DNA of 61,866 nucleotides, counting the filler, from Nemertoderma westbladi (lineage: Eukaryota; Animalia; Xenacoelomorpha), in the NCBI GenBank assembly GCA_032718475.1. It is 3 parts of 3 records of this genome, joined end to end, with 100 filler letters (N's around TTAATTAATTAA, not from the genome) between each part and the next. Parts side by side here need not be neighbours in the genome. Positions count along the whole stretch, not along the records: positions 50,301 to 61,866 come from JAUCBJ010006202.1; 2 more parts are not named here. The stretch is one strand, 5' to 3'. Positions 50,301 to 61,866 of the stretch are shown piece by piece (within the stretch, counting starts at the first letter, position 1; every line of letters begins with the position of its first letter). The position numbers and the translations under genes are program-made. Under the pieces are notes generated by a model. It did no database searches. It was given only the letters and a program-made list of their open reading frames with translations, and had not been told where the DNA came from.

Positions 50301-50651
50301 ATGGTCGGTAGAATAAGAAAGCAGGCTTCCCTGTTCTAATGACTTCCATTTAACATACAGGGCAGTTGTGGTACAGCTAACAATATGGCGCCTGCACTCA
50401 CACGGTATTTAAAGCACTTACTATTGATTATATTGCTGGAGCTCTTGCATCAATTAGCTTAGCAATAGCAATTAGCTTAGCAGTGGATGGACCCCCCCCC
50501 CCCGCCCCTCCCCAGACTGTCACCAATTAATTTTAGAAGGTTAATTTTATTACCCGGGTCTAGATAGTGGCGCGAATATTGGTCGCACTCGCAAGTAATT
50601 AATTTCCTGCTCAAATTGATCGCGTAATTGTTATTTGCATCCGCGCTAAAC

Positions 50652-50850
50652 TAAGAAATCTGCCTTGCCGCGGCATGACTGGTCCTCTCTGTTGCAACAG
50701 CCCAGTGTGACATCCAGCTTCACACTACAGCTGAGCAATAGGTATGAGGTTCTTGCTTCTGAGGCGGCAGATGACTTCGAGTGACCTATTGTGTAGGCAG
50801 CTGAATCACATAGACGGCACACAGACCTAGTCTGTGTGCCGTTCACATCC
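50652..50850 (+). pseudogene. Probable RTE-like LINE fragment (endonuclease-RT linker)
   Basis: HDWSSLLQQ..FTLQLSNRYEVL resembles the F.L.L.NRF..L linker motif. Confidence 0.5.
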
Positions 50851-51139
50851 ACAACAGATAGACCACAGCTAACAATAGACCCAGTCTAGTGTTAGCTTCT
50901 TTTCGTACGCAGTTTGTGATGGTTGTACCCGTTTGACAAGAATTGAGTGGAGTTATTTGAGAAATTTGGTTATGAATTTTTCTCTTCAAAGTTGATCAAT
51001 AATGAATAGTTTCAATTTACACCACTTTTTTTTATTATAAAAGCTTCTGGCTGCGAATTCCTGAACATATTTATTTGTACTTCACTCCTGTTTTACTGTT
51101 CCATTTCATAAAGATCCATGTGTATTAGAAAAATAGCTA

Positions 51140-51241
51140 TTGGCTGATAGCTGTCAGGTGATTGCTGTCGGCTGATAGCTGTCGGCTGATAGCTGTCGGT
51201 TGATAGCTATCGGCTAATGTTGTCGGCTAATGCTGTCGGCT
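51140..51241 (+). repeat. ~14-bp tandem repeat (ggctgatagctgtc)
   Basis: About 7 degenerate copies. Confidence 0.85.
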
Positions 51242-51335
51242 TAAGGTCTACCCCCTCTGTGAATAACTAGAAATGAAATAAATATAAAATATTATACTGT
51301 ATTGTAGTATATGAACGTGTCTCATTCGTCCACCC

Positions 51336-51625
51336 AAGCTTGACACTTGAACAGAGCCGCCTCCTCTTTGCAGGACATTGTTTTCACCGTGAGGAAAGTG
51401 AGTGCACGTCTTGCGATTGAGCGGCTCATGAAGAGATTGAGCTTGGTGGAATGTCTATGACTTGAGACCCCTCTTAAAGGACGCCGGACTTAGTTGCGGC
51501 TAATCACACGCTTTAGCTATGGGGGATGGGGAGTTGTGGCGGCGCAATTTTGTTGACCAGCCGGCATTGCATCCTCATATATATGACTATAAGTAATGCT
51601 CCTATCCAATGCAGTATGCCGATAG
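51336..51625 (+). mobile_element. RTE 3' fragment (older copy)
   Basis: SLTLEQSRLLFAGHCFHREE..; tail caatgcagtatgccgat. Confidence 0.75.
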
Positions 51626-51704
51626 CACATCCTCCAATAGGGTGGAATGGGAGTATCCACCCTACACTTATATTTACCCAATCAAACCAAATCCTATTAC
51701 TACT

Positions 51705-52420
51705 AGGATCGGCATGCTGCATTGCAGCTGCATTTTAAAGAATGTTGTTCCGGCTTGTCAACAAAATCGCGCCGCCACAACTCCCTATCACCCATGCCAT
51801 TTGCTAGATCATCCGCATCTTCAAGGCCAGTGTCCTTTAAGATGCGTCTCAAGAAAGTCATGGGCTGTCCACCATGCTTATTCACTCCATGAGGCTGCCA
51901 AAGTACAAGATTATGCACTGGCTGGTCCTAACGGCAAAAGCGATGTCCTGCAAAGTGGAGGCGGCTTTGTTCTAGTGTCAAGCTTGGGGGAAACAATGAG
52001 ACATGTCCAATGTTATATAGTGTCTGGTTAGAGATGTGTGCATTGTACTTGAGACAGTGAACCCGGCGTAGCATTCTTGTGAATGTGCCATCCATTTGGT
52101 GTCCTTATTAGTTAGAGCCCAGCATGGAATCCCATTGAGGAGTAATGGAACTACTGCTGCTCTAAATAATCGGACCTTAAGTTTCCGATTAATTCTCGGT
52201 GACTTCCAAATCCTGGAAAGCCTATTCAAGGCTGACCATGCCTTTCCCTTACGTATTCGAAGGTCCTCATCTGACTTCCGGATCCATGATCCCAGGTAAC
52301 AGAAGTCGTCCACATGCTCAAGCATACCATCCTTTGAGCAACTGTCAAAATTTTGGTATTTTTTGAGTTTATATAAAAAGACCAACTCTAGAAGCAGCCT
52401 GTTCTAATGTGCTGAGGAGC
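51705..52420 (-). mobile_element. RTE 3' fragment, close relative of 22958-23700
   Basis: EHVDDFCYLGSWIRKSDEDLRIRKGKAW..; HNLVLWQPHGVNKHGGQP. Confidence 0.92.
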
Positions 52421-53467
52421 GTTCTAGGATTTGGAAGTTACACAGAATACGTCGGAAAATTTAATTATTAATATTTATGACGAATAAGGGTCTTGATTAA
52501 GGGAAATGTTGTGGAATTTTGGACCCTTAAATGTCCGAAATTCCACAAAATTTCTTAGATTAGAGCCTCCATATAGTTTAATTAGGGTTTGGGCCTGACC
52601 AACTAACCCTGATCAATCAAGTTAAAGTGCTGTATGGTACGCTACAGTACTGCAGTATTATTATACTTAAGTCTATAGGGCGTGGGGGGGGGGGGGGGGG
52701 GGGGGGTGGGGTGGGGCAGATTCGCCTAGGACACCGGATACACCACTAAAGGAAGATACCATTCAAAATATGTGTCTATGCTGAATGTTAAATCAGTCAT
52801 TAGGTTGTCTAGTTTAATAAATGTCTTCTACATTAATTAATTCGCAGTTAAGATGCAACTTATCAACTTTAGCTGTAAGTTAAAATTGTTGTTGATAGTA
52901 TTTTGAAGAAGGAGTTGGAGCTACAGTATTCGTATTTTACTGTAGGCCTACCTAGTGTCTGTAAAATTATAATTGATAGATAGTTACCCACATCGTTATT
53001 AGCCACTAGGGTAAACTAACTAACTATAGGCCTATAGCGATCATCGACTATAGAGTTAGTAAGCTACAACTGTACATACGGCATTCTATAAACACATGGC
53101 GTCTTGAAGTTAATTGTTAGCGGTTTTGTATAATTAGGTGCATTAAAACGGTCACACCATATTTTATGTTTGAACGTTCTTAATTAATTATATAATTGGT
53201 AGTAATAAACCCAGTTATAAACCATACCTTCAAAACTTTATAAACCAATGTTATAATAATAACATATACCTCTAAGCAGGTTTTATATTTTTTTAAACTA
53301 AACCTAAGCTTTATAATCTTAAAAAGTAAAGAAGTTAAAAAAGAAAATTAAATTTAATGAAATTTAAGTATAACTTAAGATAGTTTTAAACAGTAGATAA
53401 AAATAATATTAATAAATTTAATAATTTTAATTGCAATTAATATATTAATTTCGATTCGATATTCACC

Positions 53468-54007
53468 ATGTCTAAGTTTCTACTGATGTCTCTATTATCT
53501 CTGTTTCTCGTGTTCATCTTCTCCTCTCTTGGGAGCGCTGCTATTGAGTGCGAGACGGGCCTCGAGGTTGACAGCATAGAAGACGGGGATGACGACATCC
53601 TTGACGACAGAATCGACGATCTTGATATCGATGAAGACAGTGACGATGTCGAGGGCTGCAACCAATGTATGAAGTTCGTTGCGACGTACACGCTGGGGGC
53701 TGAGAAGTTGGAATACATATCGCGTAGTTGCGACAAGAAGCCGTTGGCTGCTTGCGGTGTCGTCGCCGATTGCGCCGACGCTGTCGCTAACACCGTCAAG
53801 TACGGGCCAAGCGACCATGAAGTAGAGCTCGTGGTTCCCCGTCTAACCGAGGTCAACAAAGCTCTAGTCACCGGTGCCAAAGCTGCCGTCACCTGTGCCG
53901 TTCACTGTTGCCACGACGACGACGAATGCAACCTAGCAACGCCCGTAACTATGGTATCGGTATACGCAGTAGTAGTAGCTCTATTTGCGGCCTATCATTT
54001 GGTTTAG
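53468..54007 (+). CDS. Ly6/uPAR (three-finger, Quiver-like) secreted protein with probable GPI anchor, paralog A
   Basis: Signal peptide, 10 Cys starting IEC, C..CMK, SRSC, terminal CC.DDD.CN, then a hydrophobic C-terminal tail. Confidence 0.8.
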   Translation: MSKFLLMSLLSLFLVFIFSSLGSAAIECETGLEVDSIEDGDDDILDDRIDDLDIDEDSDDVEGCNQCMKFVATYTLGAEKLEYISRSCDKKPLAACGVVADCADAVANTVKYGPSDHEVELVVPRLTEVNKALVTGAKAAVTCAVHCCHDDDECNLATPVTMVSVYAVVVALFAAYHLV

Positions 54008-54429
54008 GGACAAAATAGATAAAAAAACAAACATTGTGTTCTTAATTGTTTAATTGTTGCTACGAAAGCTATTCAACCGCTCAAATGTTACTAATTTAGT
54101 AAATGACTAAATTGTTTTAACATTTTTATGATATTAATTGTTTCATTTTCGCTGTGTTTTGTTTGTTTATAATTGTAGAACAAAAATAAAAATAAACAGA
54201 AATGCTATTGTCTTGTTATACTCAAAATGTATCACTAAAATATAGCTACAATGCAACAACAAGTATATATATAACAAATAAATGCAACAAGATCTCAATA
54301 AAACATTTACTTAAAAGATACCCCTCATTCACCTTCAAGTACTGCACTGCACTAATTAATTACATTATTTAACGATAATAATTCCCATTCAATCAGTCAT
54401 TTTATCCATGTAAGTGTAGTGTAGTGTAG

Positions 54430-55285
54430 TGTACAACTTTAGACTCCCCAATATCTCAAAATGTCTCACAAACTCGTGGGGTATTACAAGGTGGTTCATT
54501 GAGTCCTCTACTATTTAGTATCTAACTATTTAGTTTATTCGTAAGGGACATTGTCAGATGTAAGTCTCTGTTGCTAAATATATATGGTGGTGAAATAATA
54601 GTACTGCTCTTTGCGGGTGATCTTTTATTTTACAGCGACCGTAGAGAGGCCATACAGCACGCACTGGATGCAGTAGCCAAGTGGCCCAAAGAAAATGGAC
54701 CCGAAGTTAACTGCGGAAAACCGCGGTAATTAAAAATTCGTAGAGGTGGGCGCCTCTGTGCGGCCGACAAATTTACATAAAATAGAAACGCTGTAACGTT
54801 AACTAATTCATACAAATATCGGAAATATCTATGAGTTACCTTCTCGAAAAAAAGTAAGGAAAGCTACATACTTGAAAAGAGTTCTAAGTGTTGCACAAAT
54901 CAACCCAGAATAGATGGCAAAGGCTCTTTGCAAAGAGCACAGCTTGGTATATGAGCTGGCCACAGATCTAATCTACCCCCCTACCGGTGAATATTTAAAA
55001 TAAAATGGACTCAAAAACGGTACGAAATCCCTGCCTCATTCTGTTACTCTGCGGCGTTCTCAGACCGGAGATGGGCTGGAGCTAATCAATTACAGAGGCA
55101 TGTGGTCACGCGTTTTGCTGTTCACGGCTTCCACCACCATATCTGCCAAAACCGCTCCTTCCACCACGAGGAACCAGAATAGATTTGTAGACTATGTGGC
55201 GGGTCGGTAACCCCATACCACCTTCTACACTGCCAGGAAAACAGAATATCTTGGACTCATTGGGCCACCGAAGCCGGTTAACTAC
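54430..55285 (+). mobile_element. Decayed 5'-truncated LINE (RT end plus C-terminal zinc knuckle)
   Basis: TRGVLQGGSLSPLLF, LLFAGDL, ICRLCGGSVTPYHLLHC. Confidence 0.75.
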
Positions 55286-56944
55286 CCGGAGTTTCCCTTT
55301 TTTACTTAAACATTTTAATATATCATTTTATTTCATTATTGTGTAATTTTGTATATAGATTACTCCTATATATTTGATTTTAATTGTCCTACTCGGCGTA
55401 ATAATAAATAATAATACTCAAAATGTACGTCAATTCGTCATGATGAGAATGAGTCAACAACAACCATCAACTATCTTATCAGATACCAACAACTATGTTT
55501 TAATAATTATATTACTGTATTATCAATTAATATCTCCCTCTATAGTGGCATCATTAGCTTGTAAAAATACAACCGTAATCAAAACAATAAAACATATGTA
55601 ATCAAAAGCTAATTTACTCAAGTAACCCTTTTTTTAGTAAGCACATCCATTGTTCATGTATAATTTAGGATAATTGTTTAATGTTGTAAAGGCTTTTGCG
55701 GATCTAGCTAGTTATTTTCCCCGCAAAGTACTCTGTAGGTGTTTTAACGGACATAAAAAGCCGTTTCCTTACTGTACCGGTGTTTTAGTGGACATAAAAA
55801 GCCATTTCTTCTGTATGTGTACTTTAGCGGACATAACTAGCGATTTTATGTCGCAATAAGCCAAATACTCTAAACATCGGAACTCCGATGACGACATCTA
55901 TCAGCTGTGTCCATGTGTAACTTTTTCTTTGTTCTTTGTTCGTTCTTTGTTAGGTCGACCAATCAGAGCGGTTTTCACTCTGTGTTGGAGATTGTATACA
56001 GAAACTCATGCAATTCAGTCAGTGTGTGTATTTTGTCCACAGCCAGAACACCGGCTTTGGAATTTCTGTGTTTCAGGCTTTAGCAAACATTAGTAGGCTT
56101 GATCATAGAAACGTATAACTGTTATCTCAACACACTGCATATCAACGCAATTCATATTGTTACAAATCATATTGTCACCTACAAATACCGCATTTTTACT
56201 GCTATTTACCGTCAGTTATTATATCAGTTGATGGAATATTATTATATTTGGACAATATCGATAAATAATCATAAAACCCCCAATCTTCTTGATATACTGA
56301 AGGTAAGAGACAGGTTACATATAGCAATTGCGACTTACATTATATTGGTTTTGGAGTGAATCTAATGCTATTTCATAGGCACTACATGTGTCGGTTGCTG
56401 TTCTCTTTATATGTGACTAAAATTAGTGAAGGTCGGCAGATCGGTGTGCAGCATTGTGCGGTAGTGTGCATGATTGTGACTGATAACAAAGCATCTCCTA
56501 AAGAATGCGCTTTATACATGAATCAATAGCCATCCCGTTGTGTCTAGTGTAAGTCATAACTCTGTTTACATATTTAGAGCGCCACGTCCTAAAGGAACTT
56601 TAATATTTCCCGAAAGTGAATAATATTGGTCAGAAATTATATATTAACAATCAATCGAATAATACAGTAGGCCTACATCGCAATAAGGTCAAAGCTTCCG
56701 AATCCAGTCTCCCGGGTATATCCAGCGGGTGAATGGTCGCGCATAGACTGGCTTCGGCTAATGTAGTGTATCAAATACTACTGTAGTCATAGGCTAAAGT
56801 CGATTTATAATCTAGAAGACACCCAAATTTGGCAGGTTAAAAAGGTAGGTCTGAAAGCGCGAACAAATGTAGATAAAAAAAATATAATACATCAATAATT
56901 TTGAATGCAATTATTAATATATTAATTTCGATTCGATATTCACC

Positions 56945-57487
56945 ATGTCTAAGTTTCTACTGATGTCTCTATTATCTCTGTTTCTCGTGTTCATCTATTC
57001 CTCTCTTGGGAGCGCTGCTATTGATTGCGAGACGGGACTCGAGGTTGACAGCAGGGATGACGGGGATGATGACATCTTAGACGACAGAATCGACTATCTG
57101 AATATCAATGAGGACAGTGATGATGTCCATGGCTGCAGCCAATGTATGAAGTTTGTTGCGACTTACACGCTGGGGGCCGAGAAGTTGGAATACATATCGC
57201 GTAGTTGCGACAAGAAGACGAGGCCGTTGCCTCCATGCGGTGTCGTCACCGATTGCGACGTTCGTGATAATATCGTCCACTACGGGACAGACGGCGATAA
57301 AGGAGAGCTCTTGGTGCCCCAACTCACCGAGGTCAACGATGAGCTAGTCGGCGGCTTCAATGCCAAGGTTACCTGCGTCGTTCACTGTTGCAACGATGAT
57401 GATGATTGTAACCTAGCAACACCCGTAACTATGGTATCGGTATACGCAGTAGTAGTAGCTCTATTTGCGGCCTATCATTTGGTTTAG
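56945..57487 (+). CDS. Ly6/uPAR (three-finger, Quiver-like) secreted protein with probable GPI anchor, paralog B
   Basis: Same architecture and 10-Cys frame as 53468-54007. Confidence 0.8.
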   Translation: MSKFLLMSLLSLFLVFIYSSLGSAAIDCETGLEVDSRDDGDDDILDDRIDYLNINEDSDDVHGCSQCMKFVATYTLGAEKLEYISRSCDKKTRPLPPCGVVTDCDVRDNIVHYGTDGDKGELLVPQLTEVNDELVGGFNAKVTCVVHCCNDDDDCNLATPVTMVSVYAVVVALFAAYHLV

Positions 57488-59032
57488 GGACAAAATAGAT
57501 AAAAAAACAAACACTGTGTTCTTCTTAATTGTTTAATTGTTGCTACGAAAGCTTTTCAACCGCTCAAATGTTACTAATTTAGTAAATGACTAAATTGTTT
57601 TAACATTTTTATTATATTAATTAATTGTTTCATTTTCGCTGTATTTTGTTTGCGGGGCGAGCGACGAAAGTAAGCGAGCTTAGCATACAGGTACCACTAA
57701 CTCAATCGGTGTGTCTGTTGTTCTGTTGATCTGTGGGGCGAGCCACGAAGTGAGTGAGCCTTAGCGTAGGGGTACCATTAATCAACCTGTCGTTCTGTCG
57801 CTTTTTTTGCGGTGTTCAATTTTGAACGTTAATAACTCGATCAATCCTCGATGAAATGTAACCAAACTTGGTACACAAATAGTCTGTCAAAAGTTTAGAA
57901 ATTTTCCAAGTTGAATTTGCTTGGGGCCTTCGTGCAGCACCAGTGTAACTGTCTTACAGTTATAATAAATTTATTTATACAAAATTATAACGCTTGAAAT
58001 CAGCAGGTTGCTAGGAGACTAAATCAGCTGGGTTTCTAGCAAATTACGAAATTACAGTACTGCAGTAAGACCATTGTGGCCTGTCTGCCTGTACCGGTAC
58101 TATACTCAATGTCAATCCCTGAATCAGGAATCCTGCAATCAGACAATACTGCAATAGCATACTGTATTCGGTGTTTTACTGTACTGGCTGGCTGGTACCG
58201 CGGTACCGGTGCAGTGATTATAGATCACGTATACTGACAGGACAGGCCTAATTCTGTAGGCCCTAATTAGCCATGCTATGCACTGCGACTGCAGTGCGGA
58301 CTCCGGAGTGCTGGACTGCGGTCCTGAATTAGATTAGAGGGTCCGTTGGCGCCATACCGCCCTACTACTGTCAGACTGTAGAAGAACCGGACTAGTAGCA
58401 ACTGCCAACTACAGTACGGTACCGGTACTGAACTACGACAGCACTATACCGCATTTCTACGCTCCTGTCAGCGACGGAAGAAAATGAATTTCTTCATTTG
58501 CGGTTTCTACTCTTGTTAACTGTTAAATATGTTAATTAAAGACTATGTATTGGTACGACCGACGGCACCGGCAACTGGTATAATCAGATGTAGATGTACA
58601 TACCAATCTGCCAATACAACAATAGCAATAGGCCTACCCCTACCAACCATCCATCGACTCGGCAACTGCAACAATGGAAGTTATGCGGACTAACCAGCTG
58701 ACCGCCATTCTAAGATCAGGTACCCAATACCAGAGTCTACCCAGCTGCCCAGAAAAGTGTTGGAATTGAAATCAAACAACTCACCACCAAGGCCACCTCT
58801 GTCTGTTGACCTCGACTTTCGGTATCGCTGCCGCTACGGGCAAACTGGACTAACCGTAACCGAGGATGAAATAATCCGGTTTTTAATCTCACTCTGCCAT
58901 CACCCAGTGCCCGGCGGTGTTGAAATTGACACGCATTGTACAAGCAGTAGGCCTATTGCTCCGAGTTTCCGGCTGGTCGGGTGCAACTACTGCATCTACA
59001 TTGCCACACTATAACTCGGGCTCATGAGGAAT

Positions 59033-59385
59033 GAGTGCTGCGTAGACTATATTCCTATAAACCAAAACCATACCTGGCTTCGCCTATTGAACGCATTATA
59101 AAGATCGTCAGTCTTCGTTTAGGAAAGATATTTAAATACAAAACAGGACGAGCACAACGAGACTTATAATGAAGACGAGTACTGCGTTGACTACTATTAT
59201 TATACAAACCACCTGGCTTCACATATTGAACGCATCCCTTGTTATTGTTATTATAAAGATCGTCAGCCTGCGTTTAAGAAATATATTTAAATACAAAACA
59301 GGACGAACGCAACGAGGCTTATAATGAAGACGAGTACTGCGTTTATTATATTCCTATAAATCACATGGCTTCGCATATTGAACGT
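59033..59385 (+). repeat. ~150-bp tandem repeat, about 2.3 copies
   Basis: ggcttc.c.tattgaacg..ttataaagatcgtcag..aaatacaaaacaggacga..gaagacgagtactgcg recurs. Confidence 0.8.
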
Positions 59386-59577
59386 AGGATTGGAAATAAG
59401 TTTGCGCTATCCTTCCGCCCCGTGGGTGGTAGATGACTTACTGTCCCCCTTTCTTTGATTGATTGGCGGTATGGTTAAATTTCTCGAATACTGATTTTGT
59501 GATACAGTCGCATAATTTTAATTTGTATCTCATAACTGGGCCTCGTGCTGCGCGAAGGCCGCACGAACGTGGAAGTA

Positions 59578-59928
59578 AGTAGTGTACAAATTTAGACTCC
59601 CCAATGTCACAAAATGTCTCACAAACTCGTGGGGTATTACAAGGTGATTCATTGAGTCCCCTACTATTTAGTTTATTCGTATATGTCAGATGTATTTGTC
59701 TCTGTTGCTAAATATGTTGGAGAAATAATAGTACTGCTCTTTGCGGGTGATCTTTTATTTTACATCGACCGCAGAGAGGCCATACAGCTCGCACTGGATG
59801 CAGTAGCCAAGTGGCCCAAAGAAAATGGACCCGAAGTTAACTTGCGAAAAACCGCGGTAATTAAAAATTCGTAGAGGTGGGCGCCTCTGTGCGGCCGACA
59901 AATTTACATAAAATGGATACGCTGTAAC
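59578..59928 (+). mobile_element. Second copy of the LINE fragment at 54425-54797
   Basis: Near-identical sequence with the same 5' breakpoint (gtagtgtacaa.tttagactcccc). Confidence 0.85.
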
Positions 59929-61750
59929 CATTCTCCATTTACTGAAGGTGAATTTGCTGAAGTTCTAGTGTCTATAAATTCAGGAAAGGGATATATTGGT
60001 ACATCGCCGGGGCTAATTTCTAAGCTACCAGGCTCATGGTAACTTTTGCTGTTATCAATTTTTAACTTAATTTTTGGTAGTGCAGTTTACCCAGCCTCCT
60101 GGGCTATTAGTAAGTCAGTTATTTTGTTTAAATCTGGAAATCCTTTATTATGTACCAATTATCGGGGGTAAAGTATAATGCAGACTTTAGCTAAGCTCTA
60201 TGACAGCCTTATTAATTGTCGTTTGTTAAAATGGGTGCACCTTAATAAGTGTCAAATAGGTTCTTTCAAAAATAGGGGATGCTTGGAGCATATTTTGTGT
60301 CTTAGACTTTTAATAGATTTCGCTGTGTTTAAAACACTGAAACTTTTTGCTATATTTATAGATTTTTCTAAGGCTTACGATCGTGTACCTATAGGGATAA
60401 ACTTACTCTGGAATTGATACGTATGGGTTGTGGGCGGAGGATGCTTGCAGCTATTAGAGGTTTATATTCGGGCACTAAAAACGTATTAAAAACAGCAGTT
60501 GTTCTCTCGTCTATAGGGGTCCGCCAAGGCGCACCCAGTAGTATTGTGCTTTTTTGTTTATTTTATAAATAGAATGGTTACTATGATTTTGGAAGCAGTT
60601 AGGGAGGATGGGTTTTTGGGTTTGATTTCTTTACTATTGTATATGGACGACATTGTAATTTTATCTACAAGCTGCAAGAATGCCATTTCTAAACTAAATG
60701 CTTTAATAAATTTTTGTAATAGTTCTGGTATGTGCGTAAATCATAAGAAATCTAAATTTTTTGTCATTAATGGAACTAACTCCGATAAATGTCCGTTTAT
60801 TATACAGAACGTTACTTTTGATTTATGTAATTCTTATATATATTTAGGTTCACTTTTCACATCAGACGGTTAAATCAGTTTTAAACTCACAGAAAGTAAA
60901 GTGCGAGCAGTACATTAATAAGTTTAACATATTTTGTTCTAATAACTTTTCTGTACCGTTTCCATGGAAACGCCGAATTTTTGTTGCGTGTATAGTGTCT
61001 GCCGTTACCTATGGTTCGGAGTCTTGGCTAATTAATAATTATAAAGTTATAGAGAAACAATACAATCGTTCAGTAAAAATATTATTGTCAGTGAGGATAC
61101 AGACCCCAGCAGATGTATGTTTGGTTGAAGCGAGTATTCCTTCCTCCATTATCACACTGGATTCTATCGTCTAGAAAGCGTTATGTTGAAAAATTATTAA
61201 AATTAGAAGATCCTGAAATTCCCCTGGTTAGAGTTTTTAATATGTGTAAGGAAGCTAATACACCCGGTTACAAGATCCTAATCGAATCGCTACAGTACAA
61301 CGGCTCCGACCCACTAAAACTAGTGAAGGACAGCATTCGAAACCGACCAGACACCGCAACTAAGTTCCATACCTATTGTACTATAATTAACCCTAATATC
61401 ACACCGCTTTCCATCTACGTTAATGTAAAACCTTTCATCCCCGACTACAAACGGGTTCATCTCACTCGTTTGCGCGTTATGTCTCATAGGTTAAGAATTG
61501 AAACTGGTCGTTGGAGACGTATTCCAAGGGAAACAGCGTGTTTGCTCCTGCGACGGTCAATTAGTTCTAGATGAAACCCATGCTGTTTTGTTTTGCCCCT
61601 TAACTCAAAGTTTTCGTGACAAATATTCTGTGATTAACTATCTAAATTTATCTGATCTTTTCCTAAATGGTGACTTAAAAGTATTGTGCAATTTAATAGG
61701 ATGATGTTTTAGAATATTTTTTGAATGAGTAACAAATTATAATAACATAT
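59929..61750 (+). mobile_element. Decayed RTEX-like LINE (RT plus C-terminal CCHC)
   Basis: NYRG.SIM..LAKLY, FIDFSKAYDRVP, GVRQGAPSS, LLYMDDIVILS, YLGSLF, LTRLRVMSHRLRIETGRW..RVCSC..DETHAVLFCP, with stops and frameshifts. Confidence 0.88.
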
Positions 61751-61757
61751 TATTATT

Positions 61758-61790
<33 letters not shown>

Positions 61791-61866
61791 TTTAAACATA
61801 TGTTTATTTGAAGTATTAATATTGCACTTTACAATATATATATATGAAGGTGAGTAAAGGTGTGAA

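Noticed and set aside
53437-53892. Minus-strand ORFs over the Ly6-like genes and the sorting nexin
   Set aside because: Antisense shadows of GC-rich coding sequence.

Overview
AT-rich, repeat-dense genomic DNA from an animal, probably an invertebrate (inferred from caveolin, GAL3ST-like and Ly6-like genes, a Nin-type SINE and hATm). It has two 100-bp scaffold gaps. Host genes: a two-exon galactose-3-O-sulfotransferase-like gene (-), an intronless PXA-PX-Nexin_C sorting nexin (SNX19-like, +), an intronless V-ATPase subunit E (-), a two-exon caveolin only partly shown in the ORF track (+), and two tandem intronless Ly6/three-finger-like GPI-anchored genes. The Ly6-like pair has near-identical ends and UTRs but a divergent core. 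Mobile DNA: the 5' half of a GalEa-type Copia, an intact THAP/P-element with 38-bp inverted repeats, a foldback element, an IS3EU-like non-autonomous element (6-bp TSD), a decayed hATm (8-bp TSD), an unclassified element with a 4-bp TSD, several RTE/RTEX LINE fragments, SINEs and minisatellites, including a 3.1-kb 26-bp array that generates the long spurious ORFs. Most notable: the diversifying Ly6-like pair, and direct sequence evidence that the abundant TA-xxx(x)-TA motifs (TAGGCCTA, TACCGGTA, TACAGTA) can arise as insertions at TA sites, resembling transposon excision footprints. Everything was read by eye with no database searches, so family names rest on remembered motifs and coordinates of decayed repeats are approximate.
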